A stretch of 63,882 nt of DNA from Gracilinanus agilis (taxonomy: Eukaryota), in assembly GCF_016433145.1 (NCBI RefSeq), contig NC_058132.1, positions 132,867,805-132,931,686 on the forward strand, given 5' to 3'. The notes under the pieces are model-generated. The model made no database searches. It had not been told where the DNA came from and was given only the letters and a program-made list of their open reading frames with translations. The position numbers were made by a program, and so were the translations under genes. The first letter of the stretch is position 1, and each line of letters opens with the position of its first letter. This document shows, piece by piece, positions 1 to 11,385 of the stretch.

Positions 1-399
1 AAAATACATTAGTTCAGTAAGATCATACTTCTGAAGGTCCATGGAATTCTGGGAAAAGATGCTGTATAGAGACAGTGCTTTGCATATTATGTAATATAGT
101 TAAAAAAAGTTAACAAAAAGAAAAAAGATAGAAGGAAATATAATCCATCACTGAAAAATGTGAACAAAACCACAGGCTAGGTTCCCAGAACCTCCAGGTC
201 CCAGGAATTCCACATATAGCCAAAGACCAGCTGCAATATGCATTAGTATGCCAATATACAGAGAGCCTGAGATTTTTAGTGAAAGAAACCTAACAAAAAA
301 ATTCTGTATAATTACCCAAAACATATGAACCACCAGCCACCTGCTGCCATTGCATAACTGATTGCTAGTAGGAGTTTGTAGGAAATAAAGAGCTTGATG

Positions 400-560
400 A
401 AATTTTAGAGATCATAAAATCCTACTTCTTTTTTTACAGATGAGGTCACTGAAGCCTACATAAGTGAAGAAATTTGAACAAGGTCAATAGATAGTAAGTG
501 CCAGAAGTAAGATTTGAATCTAGTTCCTCTAATTCCAAATCTAAGTTATTTTCCCATTAT
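400..560 (-). mobile_element. MIR-type CORE-SINE fragment
   Basis: CORE motif ttttacagatgagg followed by gatttgaatctagttcctctaattcc; degraded. Confidence 0.7.
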
Positions 561-905
561 CCCTAACAGACTTGTATCAAGTAGTCAGTCAGTCAAAAAA
601 CAATTATTAAGTAATGTTATGAACCAAGTATTATATTAAGAGCTGCAAATGCAGAGGAAGGCAAAAGAGAATCCCTTCTCTCAAGGAACTCACTTTTCAA
701 TGGATGAGACAACATGTAACCAATTATGTGCAAATAAGCTAGCTGTATACAGAATAAATTGAAAATAATCAACAGAGGGAAGACAATAGCATTAAGGGGA
801 TCAGGAATTGCTTCCCATGGGATTTTAGTTGGGACTTGAAGGAAGCCAGGGAAACCAATAGGCAGAAATGAGGAGGGAGAAGAGACTATGAAAATGCCTA
901 AAGTT

Positions 906-1437
906 GGGAGCATGGAGGTGTCTCAGTCAGGCCTGGAGATGAGGGGTTCTGGCTTTATATCTGGCCTCTGACACAGCTGTGAGACCCAGGGCAAGTCATT
1001 ATACCCTCTAGCCTTTACTAATCTTCTACCTTGGAACCAACACACACTATTGATTCTATTGTGAGGAAGATTAATAAATGAGCATTTAGGAGACTTAGCA
1101 GGCAGGGCTGAAGAAAACCTATTAATAGGCATGACAGATTAAGATGCAGCAAAAAAGTTAGAGGAAGTGAAATTAGAAAGTAAGAGAACAGGAGAACAGT
1201 GTCATGGAAACCTACAGAGAAGAGTATCAAGAAGAGGGTGACCAACAGTGCAGAGGCTGTAGAGGTCAAGGAAGAGAAAAAAGAAAAAGCCATTAAATCG
1301 TTTTTATCTTTTTTTTAGTTTTTTAAATGAATAGATTGTTAGTAATCTTTCAGCCCTGCCTGCTAAGTCTCCTAAACACTCATTTATTAATCTTCCTCAC
1401 AACAATTCTAAGATAGAAGGTAAAGGTTTAAAAGAAA
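906..1437 (+). mobile_element. SINE1_Mdo-type SINE split by a 344-bp insertion
   Basis: SINE body 906-1058 and tail attctaagatagaaggtaaaggtttaaaa 1405-1437. Degenerate 16-bp TSD gaaaatgcctaaagtt (890-905) / gaaaatacttaaagtt (1438-1453). Confidence 0.8.
1059..1402. other. Inverted-repeat-bounded insertion carrying a copy of 2379-2609
   Basis: 1059-1112 and 1349-1402 are reverse complements at 52/54. Interior 1121-1350 matches 2379-2609. Flanks are tgattcta (1051-1058) and caattcta (1403-1410). Confidence 0.9.
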
Positions 1438-2044
1438 GAAAATACTTAAAGTTATGAGATGGAGTGTCTTGTTCATGGAACAATAAGAAGTCCAGTGTCA
1501 CTGGATCAGAGTACATGGAAAGGATGTAAGGAATAAGAAGAATGGAATGATGTGTGGGAAACAGGTTAGGATTCATATTTGATTCTAGAAGTGAGAGGGA
1601 GTCGCAAGAGTTTATTGAATATGGGATTACATGATCAAACCAGTGCTCTAGGAAGATCACTTTGGCAGCTGAGTGGAGAGGATAAATTAGAGCAGGGAAA
1701 CATGGTAGACAGCCCAACCAGCAGGCTATTGCAATAGTCCAGACTTGATGTAATGAGGATCCCCCAGAGTGGTGCCAGTATCAGAGAAGTCAAAGAGGTA
1801 CATATAAAAATGTCTAAAAAGGAGGGGAAACAGGATTAGATGGGATGGATGAGAGTGAGAAGTCAGGAACACCTAGGTCACAAGCCTGGATGACTGAGAA
1901 GAGGGTGATACCCTCAACAATAGTAGGAAATTAGGAAGAGGAAAGGATTGGAGAGTGGGAAGAAGATAATGAGTTCAGTTTTATACATGATGATTTTAAG
2001 GTATAATATAGGACATTCGGTTAGAGATATCCAATAGTCTAGAG

Positions 2045-2227
2045 CAGTGATGGGCAAACTATTCCCCGTGGGCCAGATCCAGGCTGTAGTTTTCCCATCA
2101 CTGCCTTAAGCAATTCCCTAATCACTACTTCTGGATGTGGGGGCATAGTGATTAGGGAATTGCTTAAGACAGTGATGGGCCAACTATGGCCTGGATCTGG
2201 CCTACAGGAATAGTTTGCCCATTCCTG
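2045..2227. mobile_element. Non-autonomous hAT (Charlie-type) MITE, palindromic
   Basis: TIR cagtgatgggcaaacta / tagtttgcccattcctg, 8-bp TSD gtctagag / gtctagta, and two further internal TIR copies. Confidence 0.9.
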
Positions 2228-2749
2228 GTCTAGTAGTTAGGGCTGCTAGCTAGATAAGTAAATTTAAGTATTATCATCATAGAGATGATAACAATCCATG
2301 GAATAGATTAGATCATTAAGTGAAATAGAATAGAGGTAAGGGAGAAGAGAGTCCATGATAGAACCCTGTGGGACACCCATTAATATGCATGACTTAGATT
2401 AAGGTGCAGCAAAGGAGATAGAGGAAAGGAAATTAGAAAGTAAGAGAACAGGAGAACAGTGTCATGGAAACCTACAGAGAAGAGTATCAAGAAGAGAGTG
2501 ATCAGCAGGGCAGAGGCTGTAGAGGTCAAGGAAGAGAAAAAAGAAAAAGCCATTAAATCATGTTTACCTTTTTTTTAGATTTTTAAATGAATAGATTGTT
2601 AGCAACTTTGGAGAAAGTACTTTTGCTTGAATGATGAGGTCAGAAGCCAGACAGTAGAGAGTTAAGAAAGAGTGAAAGGAAATAAAATTGAGAAACCAAT
2701 TGTAAATAGCCTTCTTGAGTTTAGCCTAAAAAGGGAAGAGAAACATATG

Positions 2750-2900
2750 AGATGTCAAATATGACTTCAGACTATTCCTAGCTGTGTGACCCTAGACAAG
2801 TCACTTAACCCCCAATTGCCTATGCCCTTACCATTCTTTGGCCTTGGAAATAATACTTTGTATTGATCCTAAGGGAAAAAAATAAGGATTTTTTAAAAAG
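2750..2900 (+). mobile_element. SINE1_Mdo-type SINE, 5' truncated
   Basis: tagctgtgtgaccctagacaagtcacttaacc...gccttggaaataatactttgtattgatcctaag plus A-rich tail. Confidence 0.75.
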
Positions 2901-4499
2901 AAAGAAATGGGATGATAGCTAGTAGGAATGAATGGATCAGTAATGGCTTTTATAGGATGAGGAAAATATAAGCATGTTTTAGGCAGTAGGAAGATAGCCA
3001 GTAGACAGAGAAATTAAAGATAAGTGAGAGAGTAAGGATGATAGAGGTGGCAATGTACTGGATAAGATGGAATGGAATGGGATCACCTATACATCTAGAG
3101 GTTTTTGCCATAACAAAAAGAAAAACTACCACATTACATGAAGGAAAAGGAAAAGATAGCAGCAGAAGGCATGTGAGTGATTTGAGACTAGGAAAAAGTG
3201 CAAGGAGGTAACTGAGTAAATGACCTCTATTGTATTCATTAAAATCTGAAGCAAGGTTCTCACCTGAAAGAGTAAGAGTAAGGCATGTCATGGGAACTTT
3301 GAGAAGGGATGAAAAAATTCTGAAGAGCTTCTATGGTGAATGAAATAGTGAGTTGACTAGAGATGCCTTCGCTGAAGATATCTAACATAAATGCATAATT
3401 GACCCAGTCAGCAGAGTTTCACTCGACAGTACATGACTAAAAGTGAAGGTGGCAGATGGCAGAAATAATATAAATCTTGAGGCTTGGAAGGGCAAGACTA
3501 GCAGTAAGACAAGGGGACAAGAGATTCAAGAGAAGACTATAATAATATAGAGACAAGCTAGTTCACCAAGGGGTCAAGATAGGGAAGGGAGGAGAGTGTA
3601 GCTAGCACATGAGGGATGGCCTGGGAAAGAACTGGGGGTTTGAGGACTTGGAGGTCACAGTAAAGACCAAGAATAGGGTTTGGACTAGCAAAGCCAAAAG
3701 AGGCATGGAGTGACAATAGATTGAAATCAGATAAAGGAATTTCAGAGTTCACGAACATGGAAAGTATCTTTTGGGGTGATTCACAAAATCAAGAATATGA
3801 CCACCTTTGTTTCTGGGGGTCATATAAAATGGATAAATTGAAGACAGAGTGTAGGATCAATATGTATGGTCAAGTCCTCTGGGATCAAAGCAAGAGTTAA
3901 GGAGTAGAGAAAGACTGTGAGGAAGGTACTAATTTCATTGAGTCTTGGTGATCAGTAAACATCAACTACTTTGATTAGATGGTAGATCCAAGATACTAAA
4001 TGAAGCGGCAATGGGGAGCAAAGAGTATTGCAACTCCCTTTCTTTGATCAGGGAGTCAAAAGAATAGCTAAAAGTAAAGTTAGTGTTTGAAAAGAGAGGT
4101 AAGGGAAGCTGTGTCATCAGGAGGGAACCAGGTCCCAGTGAGATCCAGAGGATGGAAGGAGTTAAAAAGGAAATAATTCAGGATCAAAGGAAGTTTGTGA
4201 CTATGGAGTAGGAATTCCAGAGACTACATTGTAAGGGACAAGGAGCTTTAGAGTGGGACACTGGGGTTGGGAAGGTTGGTTGAGGGAGATGAAAATAAAG
4301 GATCACACTGTGTGGACAGAGTTTTGAATGACAAGGATGTTGGTGGGCTTTGGAGTCACTGTAATGGATAGGGTATGGAGGTGGTTGTCAATCATTTAGG
4401 AATGAGTTCAGGTGGGTGGTCATTGTACAAAGGAATTTGGCCTCATGGTGGAGTTCTCACAAGGCTTTAGGCAGTTCATGGGAAACAGATACTTGGAGC

Positions 4500-4735
4500 T
4501 GAAGAAATGGTGCTCTTATTCCTCTTTCTTCAAGGCAATAGACTAGGGTAGAGACTTAATTGAAGGTCTTTCTCTTCTCCATGAAAGAGAGGAGTCTGGT
4601 AAACAGATGGAATAGAGTTTCTCCTCTCCCAGAATGAGGAGTCTGGAGTCAAGTGAAATGGTGTTTCCTTACCTTACCTCAAAGGTAGGAGTCTGGTTTG
4701 ATGGAAATTTTTTCTCTTCCTATGAGAGGCAAGAA
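4500..4735. repeat. Degenerate ~47-50 bp tandem repeat at the far end of the L2
   Basis: ggagtctgg recurs at about 4591, 4638 and 4689, each followed by gatggaa/gaaatgg and a tt(t)ctcttc-like motif. Confidence 0.55.
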
Positions 4736-5734
4736 AACAGTTAATAAACATTTAAGGTTCCTACTATATGCATGGCACTCTGCATATAAAATTAATAATT
4801 TTAGATATAAAATACATACATATATAGATTTATAATAATTTGATCCACAATAAAAACAATAGGAATGCTTCTGGCTAGATATCAATGTTTAAGTAATATC
4901 AAATAGCTGGGGTTAAAGTAATAAGGAAGAAAAGTATGTATGTATGTATTATGAAGAAGAGAGAAATCATAGCAGACAATGGAATAGCCACATATAGACT
5001 GGTAAATGTAAAATTATAAACTGTAGATTTGTGAAGGGGCTTTAGAAGGCCATTAGACCAACTACCTCATTTTGTAAATGAGGAAACCAAGTTCCAGAGA
5101 AATGAAATGATTTGGCCAAAGTCATAAAAGTAGTAAAGGGCAGAGGGGCAGAATTTGAACTCAAATCAATCAATTACTCTTTCCATTGTAACATGGTGGC
5201 TGGATTCAGCTAATTTCATAGGTCTCAGGAATCTACAGCTGAATATAAGCTTGAACTCATCAACTGGGTGTCATATTGGGGCTAAATGAAAAAAAAAGGG
5301 AAATATAAAACAGTTATAGATTATCTTGTTACTCTCCAGTCATAGAAGATAGGTCCATCAGTGAAGATAAGTAAGACTTTCTATAGGAATACAGCTAAAA
5401 CTACTTTTCTTCACATTTTCCCCTCACTTGTCAATTATGAGCCAGGTCACAAGAGAGTTGGCCCAGGAGGGATTCTGGGCTTGGGATTTGGGGTGATTGG
5501 ATGGCCCCTCCTGCTGGTCGGGCCAGGACAATTATTTAAATTCCAGGTATGTGTTCCATACCTCCAGTCATTCATAGCCATGCCCCTGAGATATGTCTTC
5601 CCCTGCTGATCCCCTGAGGGGCAAAGCATTTGAGTTTGAAGTAATTTAAACATTATCAAGTACAGGAAAATGGATCATCAGTTCATAAATTTATATCTGG
5701 AAATTACCTTAAACATCATCTAGTCCAGGAATTC

Positions 5735-7672
5735 TTTTAATTTTAATTTTAATTTTGAATATTTCCCATAGTTACATGTTTCATGTTCTTTCCCTCTCCC
5801 CCAAAACTCCCACCCCCTCTAGGTGAAACACAATTCCACTGGGTTGTACATGCATCATTGATGAAGACCTGTTTCTATATTATTAATAGTTGGAATAGGG
5901 TGGTTGTTTAGTGTCTACATCCCCAATAATATTCCCATCAGGCTAGGTGATCAAGTAGTTGTTTTTCTCCTGTGTTTCTACTCCCACAGTTCTTCCTCTG
6001 AGTGTGGCTAGTTTTCTTTCTCATAAGTCCTTCAGCCCTGCTCTGGATCCTTGCATTGCTGCTAGTAGAGAAGTCCATTATGTTTGTACCACAGTGTATC
6101 CATCTCTGTGTACAATGTTCTCCTGGATCTGTTCCTTTCACTCTGCATCAATTCCTGGAGGTCATTCTAGTTCACATGGAATTCCAAATTTCATTATTCT
6201 TTTGAGAATAGTATTCCATCACCAGCAGATACCACAATTTGTTCAGCCATCCCCCAATCGAAGGACATTCCCTCATTTTCCAATTTTTTGCCACCACTAA
6301 GAGCACAGCTATAAATATTTTTGCACAAGTCTTTTTCCTTATTATCTCTTTGGGGTATAAACCAAGGAGTGCTATGGCTGGATCAAAAGGCAGATAGTCT
6401 TTTAGCGTCCTTTGGGCATAGTTCCAAACTGCCATCCAGAATGGTTGGATCAATTCATAACTCCACCAGCAATGCATCAATGTCCCAATTTTACCACATT
6501 CCCTCCAACATTCGCCACTTTCCTTTGCTGTCATGTTAGCTAATCTGCTAGGTGTGAGTTGTTTTGATTTGAATTTCTCTAATTATAAGAGATTTAGAAC
6601 ACTTTTTCATGTGTTTGTTGATAGTTTTGATTTCTTTATTTGAAAATTGCCTATTCATGTCCCTTGCTCATTTATCAATTGAGAAGCTTGATTTTTTGTA
6701 CAATTGAGTTAGCTCCTTATAAATCTGAATAATTAGACCTTTGAGTTTTTTGTTATAAAGATTTTTTTCCAAATTTGTTGCTTCCCTTCTAATTTTGGCA
6801 GCATTGGTTTTGTTTGTACAAAAACTTTTTAGTTTAATATAATCAAAATTATTTATTTTACATTTTGTAATTGTTTCTAACTCTTGCTTTGTTTTAAAAT
6901 CTTTCCTTTCCCATAGATCTGACAAGTATACTATTCTGTACTCACCTAATTTACTTATAGTTTCTTCCTTTATATTCAAGTCATTCACCCATCAAATTTA
7001 TCTTGGTATAGGGTGTGAGATATTAATCTAGACCAGTGGTTCCCAAACTTTTTTGGCCTACTGCCTCCTTTTCAGAAAAAAATATTACTTAGCCCCCTGG
7101 AAATTAATTTTTATAAATTTTAATAGCAATTAATAGGAAAGATAAATGCACCTGTAGTCATCACCACTTTCCTGGATTGCTGCAGCACCCACCAGGGGGC
7201 GGTAGCGCCCACTTTGGGAAACACTGATCTAGACCCAATCTCTCCCATATTGTTTTCCAGTTTTCCCAGCAGTTTTTGTCAAATAGTGGGTTTTTGTCCC
7301 AAAAGCTGGGTCTTTGGGTTTATCATAGACTGTCTTTCTGAGGTCGCTCCTCCCAGGTCTATTCCACTGATCTTCCCTTCTGTCTCTTAGCCAGTACCAT
7401 ATTGTTTTGATGACTGCTGCTTTATATTATAGTTTAATATCTGGTACTGCTAGGCTACCTTCCTTCATATTTTTTCATTATTTCCCTTGATATTCTTGGT
7501 CTTTTGTTCTTCCAAATGAACTTTGTTTTAGTTTTTTCTAATTCAGTAAAAAAAGGTTTTTGGTAGTTTTATTGGTATAGCACTAAATAAGTAAATTGAT
7601 TTGGGTAGTATAGTCATTTTTATTATGTTATCTCATCCTACCCATGAGCAATCAATATTATTCCAATTGTTT
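5735..7672 (-). mobile_element. Marsupial L1, 3' UTR plus C-terminal ORF2, 5' truncated
   Basis: T-rich tail at 5735. Minus ORFs 6172-6534 (CWRECGKIGTLMHCWW...PFDPAIALLGLYPKE) and 6668-6988 (YIKLKSFCTNK) are L1 ORF2. Confidence 0.95.
7034..7226. mobile_element. Non-autonomous hAT MITE nested in L1
   Basis: TIR cagtggttcccaaact / actttgggaaacactg and perfect 8-bp TSD atctagac (7026-7033, 7227-7234). Confidence 0.95.
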
Positions 7673-7676
7673 CCAA

Positions 7677-8410
7677 TGTATCAAACATTAGATTGCTGAG
7701 GTCATTTACCCCTAGTCTATTCCATTAATCTACTCTTCTATTTCTTACCCAATACCAGATTGTTTTGATGATTACTGATTTATGATACAGTTTAAGATCT
7801 GGTACCACTAGGCTACCATCCTTCACATTTTTTTTAGTTCCTTTGATGTTCTTGATCTTTTGTTCTTTCAGATTAATTCTGCAATTATTTTTTCTAATTC
7901 TATAGAAGTTTTTTGGTAGTTTGGATTATCATTTTTATTATATTAGCTCATCCAACCCATGAGCAATTAATGTTTTTCCAATTGTTTAGACCTAACTTTA
8001 TCTAAAATGTTTTGTAATTGTGTTCATATAATTCCTGCATTTGGCCTGCAAATAGATTCCCAAATATTTTATATTGTCTAGAATGATTTTAAATGGAGTT
8101 TCTCTTTCTAACCCTTGCTGCTGAGTTGTGTTGGAAATATGTAGAAATGTTGATGATATATGTGGGTTTATTTTGTATCCCACAACTTTGCTAAAGTTGT
8201 TGATTATTTCTGCTAGCTTTTTAATTGATTTTCTAGGATTCTCTAAGTATACCATCGTGTCATCTGCAAAGAGTGATAGTTTAGTTTCCTTATTGCCTAC
8301 TTTAATTCCTTCAATTTTTTTCTTCTCTAATTGCTAAAGCTAGCATTGCTAGTACAATATTAAATAATAGTGGTGGTAATGGGCTTCCTGGCTTCACTCC
8401 TTATATCATT
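7677..8410 (-). mobile_element. Older L1 ORF2 (RT) fragment
   Basis: Minus ORF 7998-8255 (MVYLENPRKSIKKL...GYKINPH...IKYLGIYL) is the L1 RT region after the FADD motif. Confidence 0.9.
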
Positions 8411-8499
8411 GGGTAGCTATTCCACTGTTCTTTCTACCATACCATTTATGTCCTTTGGAGCAATAGTCTCTTATTTGCCTTTTTGAGCATAAGCTCCCC

Positions 8500-8960
8500 T
8501 ATTAAATTATAATTTAGTTTAAGGCAAGGACTGTGCAATTTTAAAATTGTTATAGCCCCGCTGCCTTGCACAAAGTAGTAGGTGCATAATAAATGCCTAA
8601 GTTGAATGATTCACTTTTGTCTTCTGGCATTTCTAATTAGGTGCCTTAAACTGCCCTTTTCAAGGCAAGGCTTTTAATAATTTTTTCCCGTTATGCCTTT
8701 AGCTAGTCGTTAATGTAGAATGAGCAAAAAAGACAAGATATGAATGAATGAGGCAAATGGTCCAGTTCATTAGAGTGAAAGCTATGTGGAAAGGAATATT
8801 AAGAGATAAGGTTGCAAAAATAATTGTATATGACAATGAATGCAAGAACTTTGTCTCTTCCCTTAGACACGAGTTTCTTAAGATCAAAGAGTCTATTTAT
8901 TTTCACTGCATAGCCCAGCACCTAGTATAAGGGAAGACACACTTAAAAGATATTTATTGG
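8500..8960 (+). mobile_element. L2 3'-end fragments
   Basis: aaggcaaggactgt...gtaggtgcataataaatgc and cccagcacctagtata...acttaaaagatatttattgg. Confidence 0.6.
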
Positions 8961-9077
8961 CTGGAGAAAGAAGTACTTAAAGACATGGAGACCTGGGTTC
9001 AAGTTAGGTCTTTGACACATATTTGCTGTCTAATTCTAGGCAAGTCAATTAACCTCTCAAAGCCCTTGGGCAACTTT

Positions 9078-11055
9078 CTTTTTAACTTTTTTATATCATT
9101 TTATATGCCAATTAAAAGGCATTTATTTTCTTTTCTACTTAGCTACCCCACTAAGGAAAAAGAAAAACAGACTCCTTATAAAAATATGTATAATCAAACG
9201 GAATAAATCCCTACATTGTCCCCATCCAGAGTTGCATCTCATTTGCTTCTTGAACCCAACACTTCTTTCTTAGGTTGTGAGTAGCAGAGATCATCACCTG
9301 TCTTCTGGAATCATGGTTGGTCACTGCATCAATGAGGTATATTAAGACTTTCAAAGCTGCTTGTCTTCATAGTGTTACTGCATAACTATTACTTCTGGCT
9401 CTGATTGCTTCACTCTTCACTCATACAGATCTTCCTAGGTTTCTCAGAATCAGTCCTTTTTGCAATTTCTTATGGCACAATAATTCTTATAGTGTTAACT
9501 TGCTCTATTCACTAATAAATAGGCATCACCTTAGTTTTTAGTTTTTATCACCATAAAGAGACGAGTTGCTATAAGTATTTTTACATATATGGGTGCTTTC
9601 CCTCTTTCTTTGATCTCTTTGGGGTATAGGCCGAATAGAGGTTTTACCTTGTAAAAAAGTACACAACATTTTGTAACTTTGGGGGCATGGTTCCAAATTG
9701 CATTCCAGAATGCTATACTGATTCATAGGTCAACCTCAACAATGCAATCATATGCTTATTTTCCTGCAGCCTTTCTAGCATTTGTCATTTTCCTTTTCTC
9801 TAATCTTTGACAATCTTACAAGTATGCAGCATGATGTCAGAGTTGTTTTAATTCTAGTTATTAGTGTTGGGATGATTTTTTCATTTAACTATTGTTTAGG
9901 TGTTTTCTTTGAAAAGTATTCATATTTTGCAACATTTATCAACTGGGGGATATATGTTATTCCAGTAAATTTGAACCAGTTTCTTATATATCTTAAACAT
10001 GAGATGTGTATCAGATAATCTTACTACAAAAATTGTTTATCATTTAACTCTTTTCTTTCTAATTTCAGCTGCATTACTTTTATGTATGCAACATGGGTTT
10101 TATTGGTAATAAACAGATACACTAATGATTTGCATAGATTTCTTTTTATATCCTCCAACTTTAAGTTATTATTTCAGTTATTTAGTTGATTAACTAGGGT
10201 ACTCAAATCAGTACATCATCTGAAGGAAGAGATAACTTTTTCCCTTTTTTTGCCTGTATTTATTCCTTTGCTTTCTTTTTTAGCTGTTGTTGCATTTTTA
10301 ATACCATATTAAATAATTAGGCTGATAATGAACATCTCTGCTTTATTCTGAATCTTAGTGGAATGATCTCTAATTTACTCTCATTACATAAAATGTTGGC
10401 TATTGATTTAAGATAAATACTACTTACTCATACTAAGAAAAGGTTCATTTATTCCTAAGTGTCCAGTGTTCATAATTTTTTTTAAAACAGAAATGGAAAA
10501 TATATCTCATCAAAAACTTTTTCTGCATCTACTGATATAATTTTTGGGGGGATTTCTTGGTTCTTATTATCATATGGTCATTTTTGTTAAAGTTTTCCTA
10601 ATATTAAACTCTGTATTTCTGATATGGATAAATCTGGTCAGAGCATATAATTTTATACTTTGCCTGTAGCTTCTTTGCTAATATTGTATTTAAAATTTTT
10701 GCATCAATGGTTATTGGGGAAATTGAGCTATAGTTTTCTTTCTTTCTTTTGACTCTTCTGATTTCAGAATCAAGATCATATTTGTGTTATAGACGGAATT
10801 TGCTGGAATCCTTTCTTTTTCCATTTTTTGCAAATATTTTTTTTTAATTTTAGCATTATTATTTGATAGTTTTATGGAATTCACTTATAAGTCCATCTGG
10901 CCTGGGTTTTTTCATTGGAAGTTCATTTTTATCTAATTCAATTTCTTTTTTTGGGGTTATCTAAATTCTCTATTCCTTGTTTGGTTAATCTGGACCTTTT
11001 ATGTTTTTGTAAATATTCATCACTTCCAGTTTTATTGACACATAGTTAGGCAAAA
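9078..11055 (-). mobile_element. Ancient marsupial L1, highly diverged
   Basis: T-rich antisense L1 3' UTR and ORF2 remnants (ctctttggggtatagg, ttccaaattgcattccagaatg, gatcatatttgtgttatag). Confidence 0.8.
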
Positions 11056-11385
11056 TGCCTTTTTTGGCAGGAAATATCTCTTTAGGAAAGAGAGTGACAG
11101 AGGAACAAAGATATTTAATTACATATAAGTTTCTATTTTCACAATAAGATTTCTGGCTCCCTGTTTAAGAAAGTCAAGTATTATCTGGGCAAAATAATTT
11201 TGAATAATTTGAATAAGAACTATGAGACAAAAGTAAGATAAAGCATGTCAGTCATGAAATGCTTGACTAGAAAAGATGGTGGGCTCTGTAATGTGGAAAG
11301 AGGGAGGGATACTCCATAAGCATCTGGGTAATGTCAGGAGAATGAAAGGAAGGCTCCCATCAAGATAGGAAGACTCTTTTATTTT

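Larger units (their letters stand above)
585..4735 (-). mobile_element. Long, near full-length L2 LINE, interrupted by SINEs and a hAT MITE
   Basis: L2 3' end at 585-620 (gtcagtcaaaaaacaattattaag) and purine-rich antisense L2 body. Minus ORF 3558-3758 (QVLKPPVLSQAIPHVLATLSSLPYLDPLVN) resembles L2 ORF2. Confidence 0.8.

Noticed and set aside
1060-1401. TGT...ACA ends suggesting an LTR or Ginger element
   Set aside because: With these boundaries there is no 4-6 bp TSD (ctat vs acaa), and the ends are long inverted repeats rather than a solo LTR.
5938-8337. Many 60-120 aa ORFs on both strands
   Set aside because: They are broken L1 ORF2 fragments or their antisense frames, not genes.
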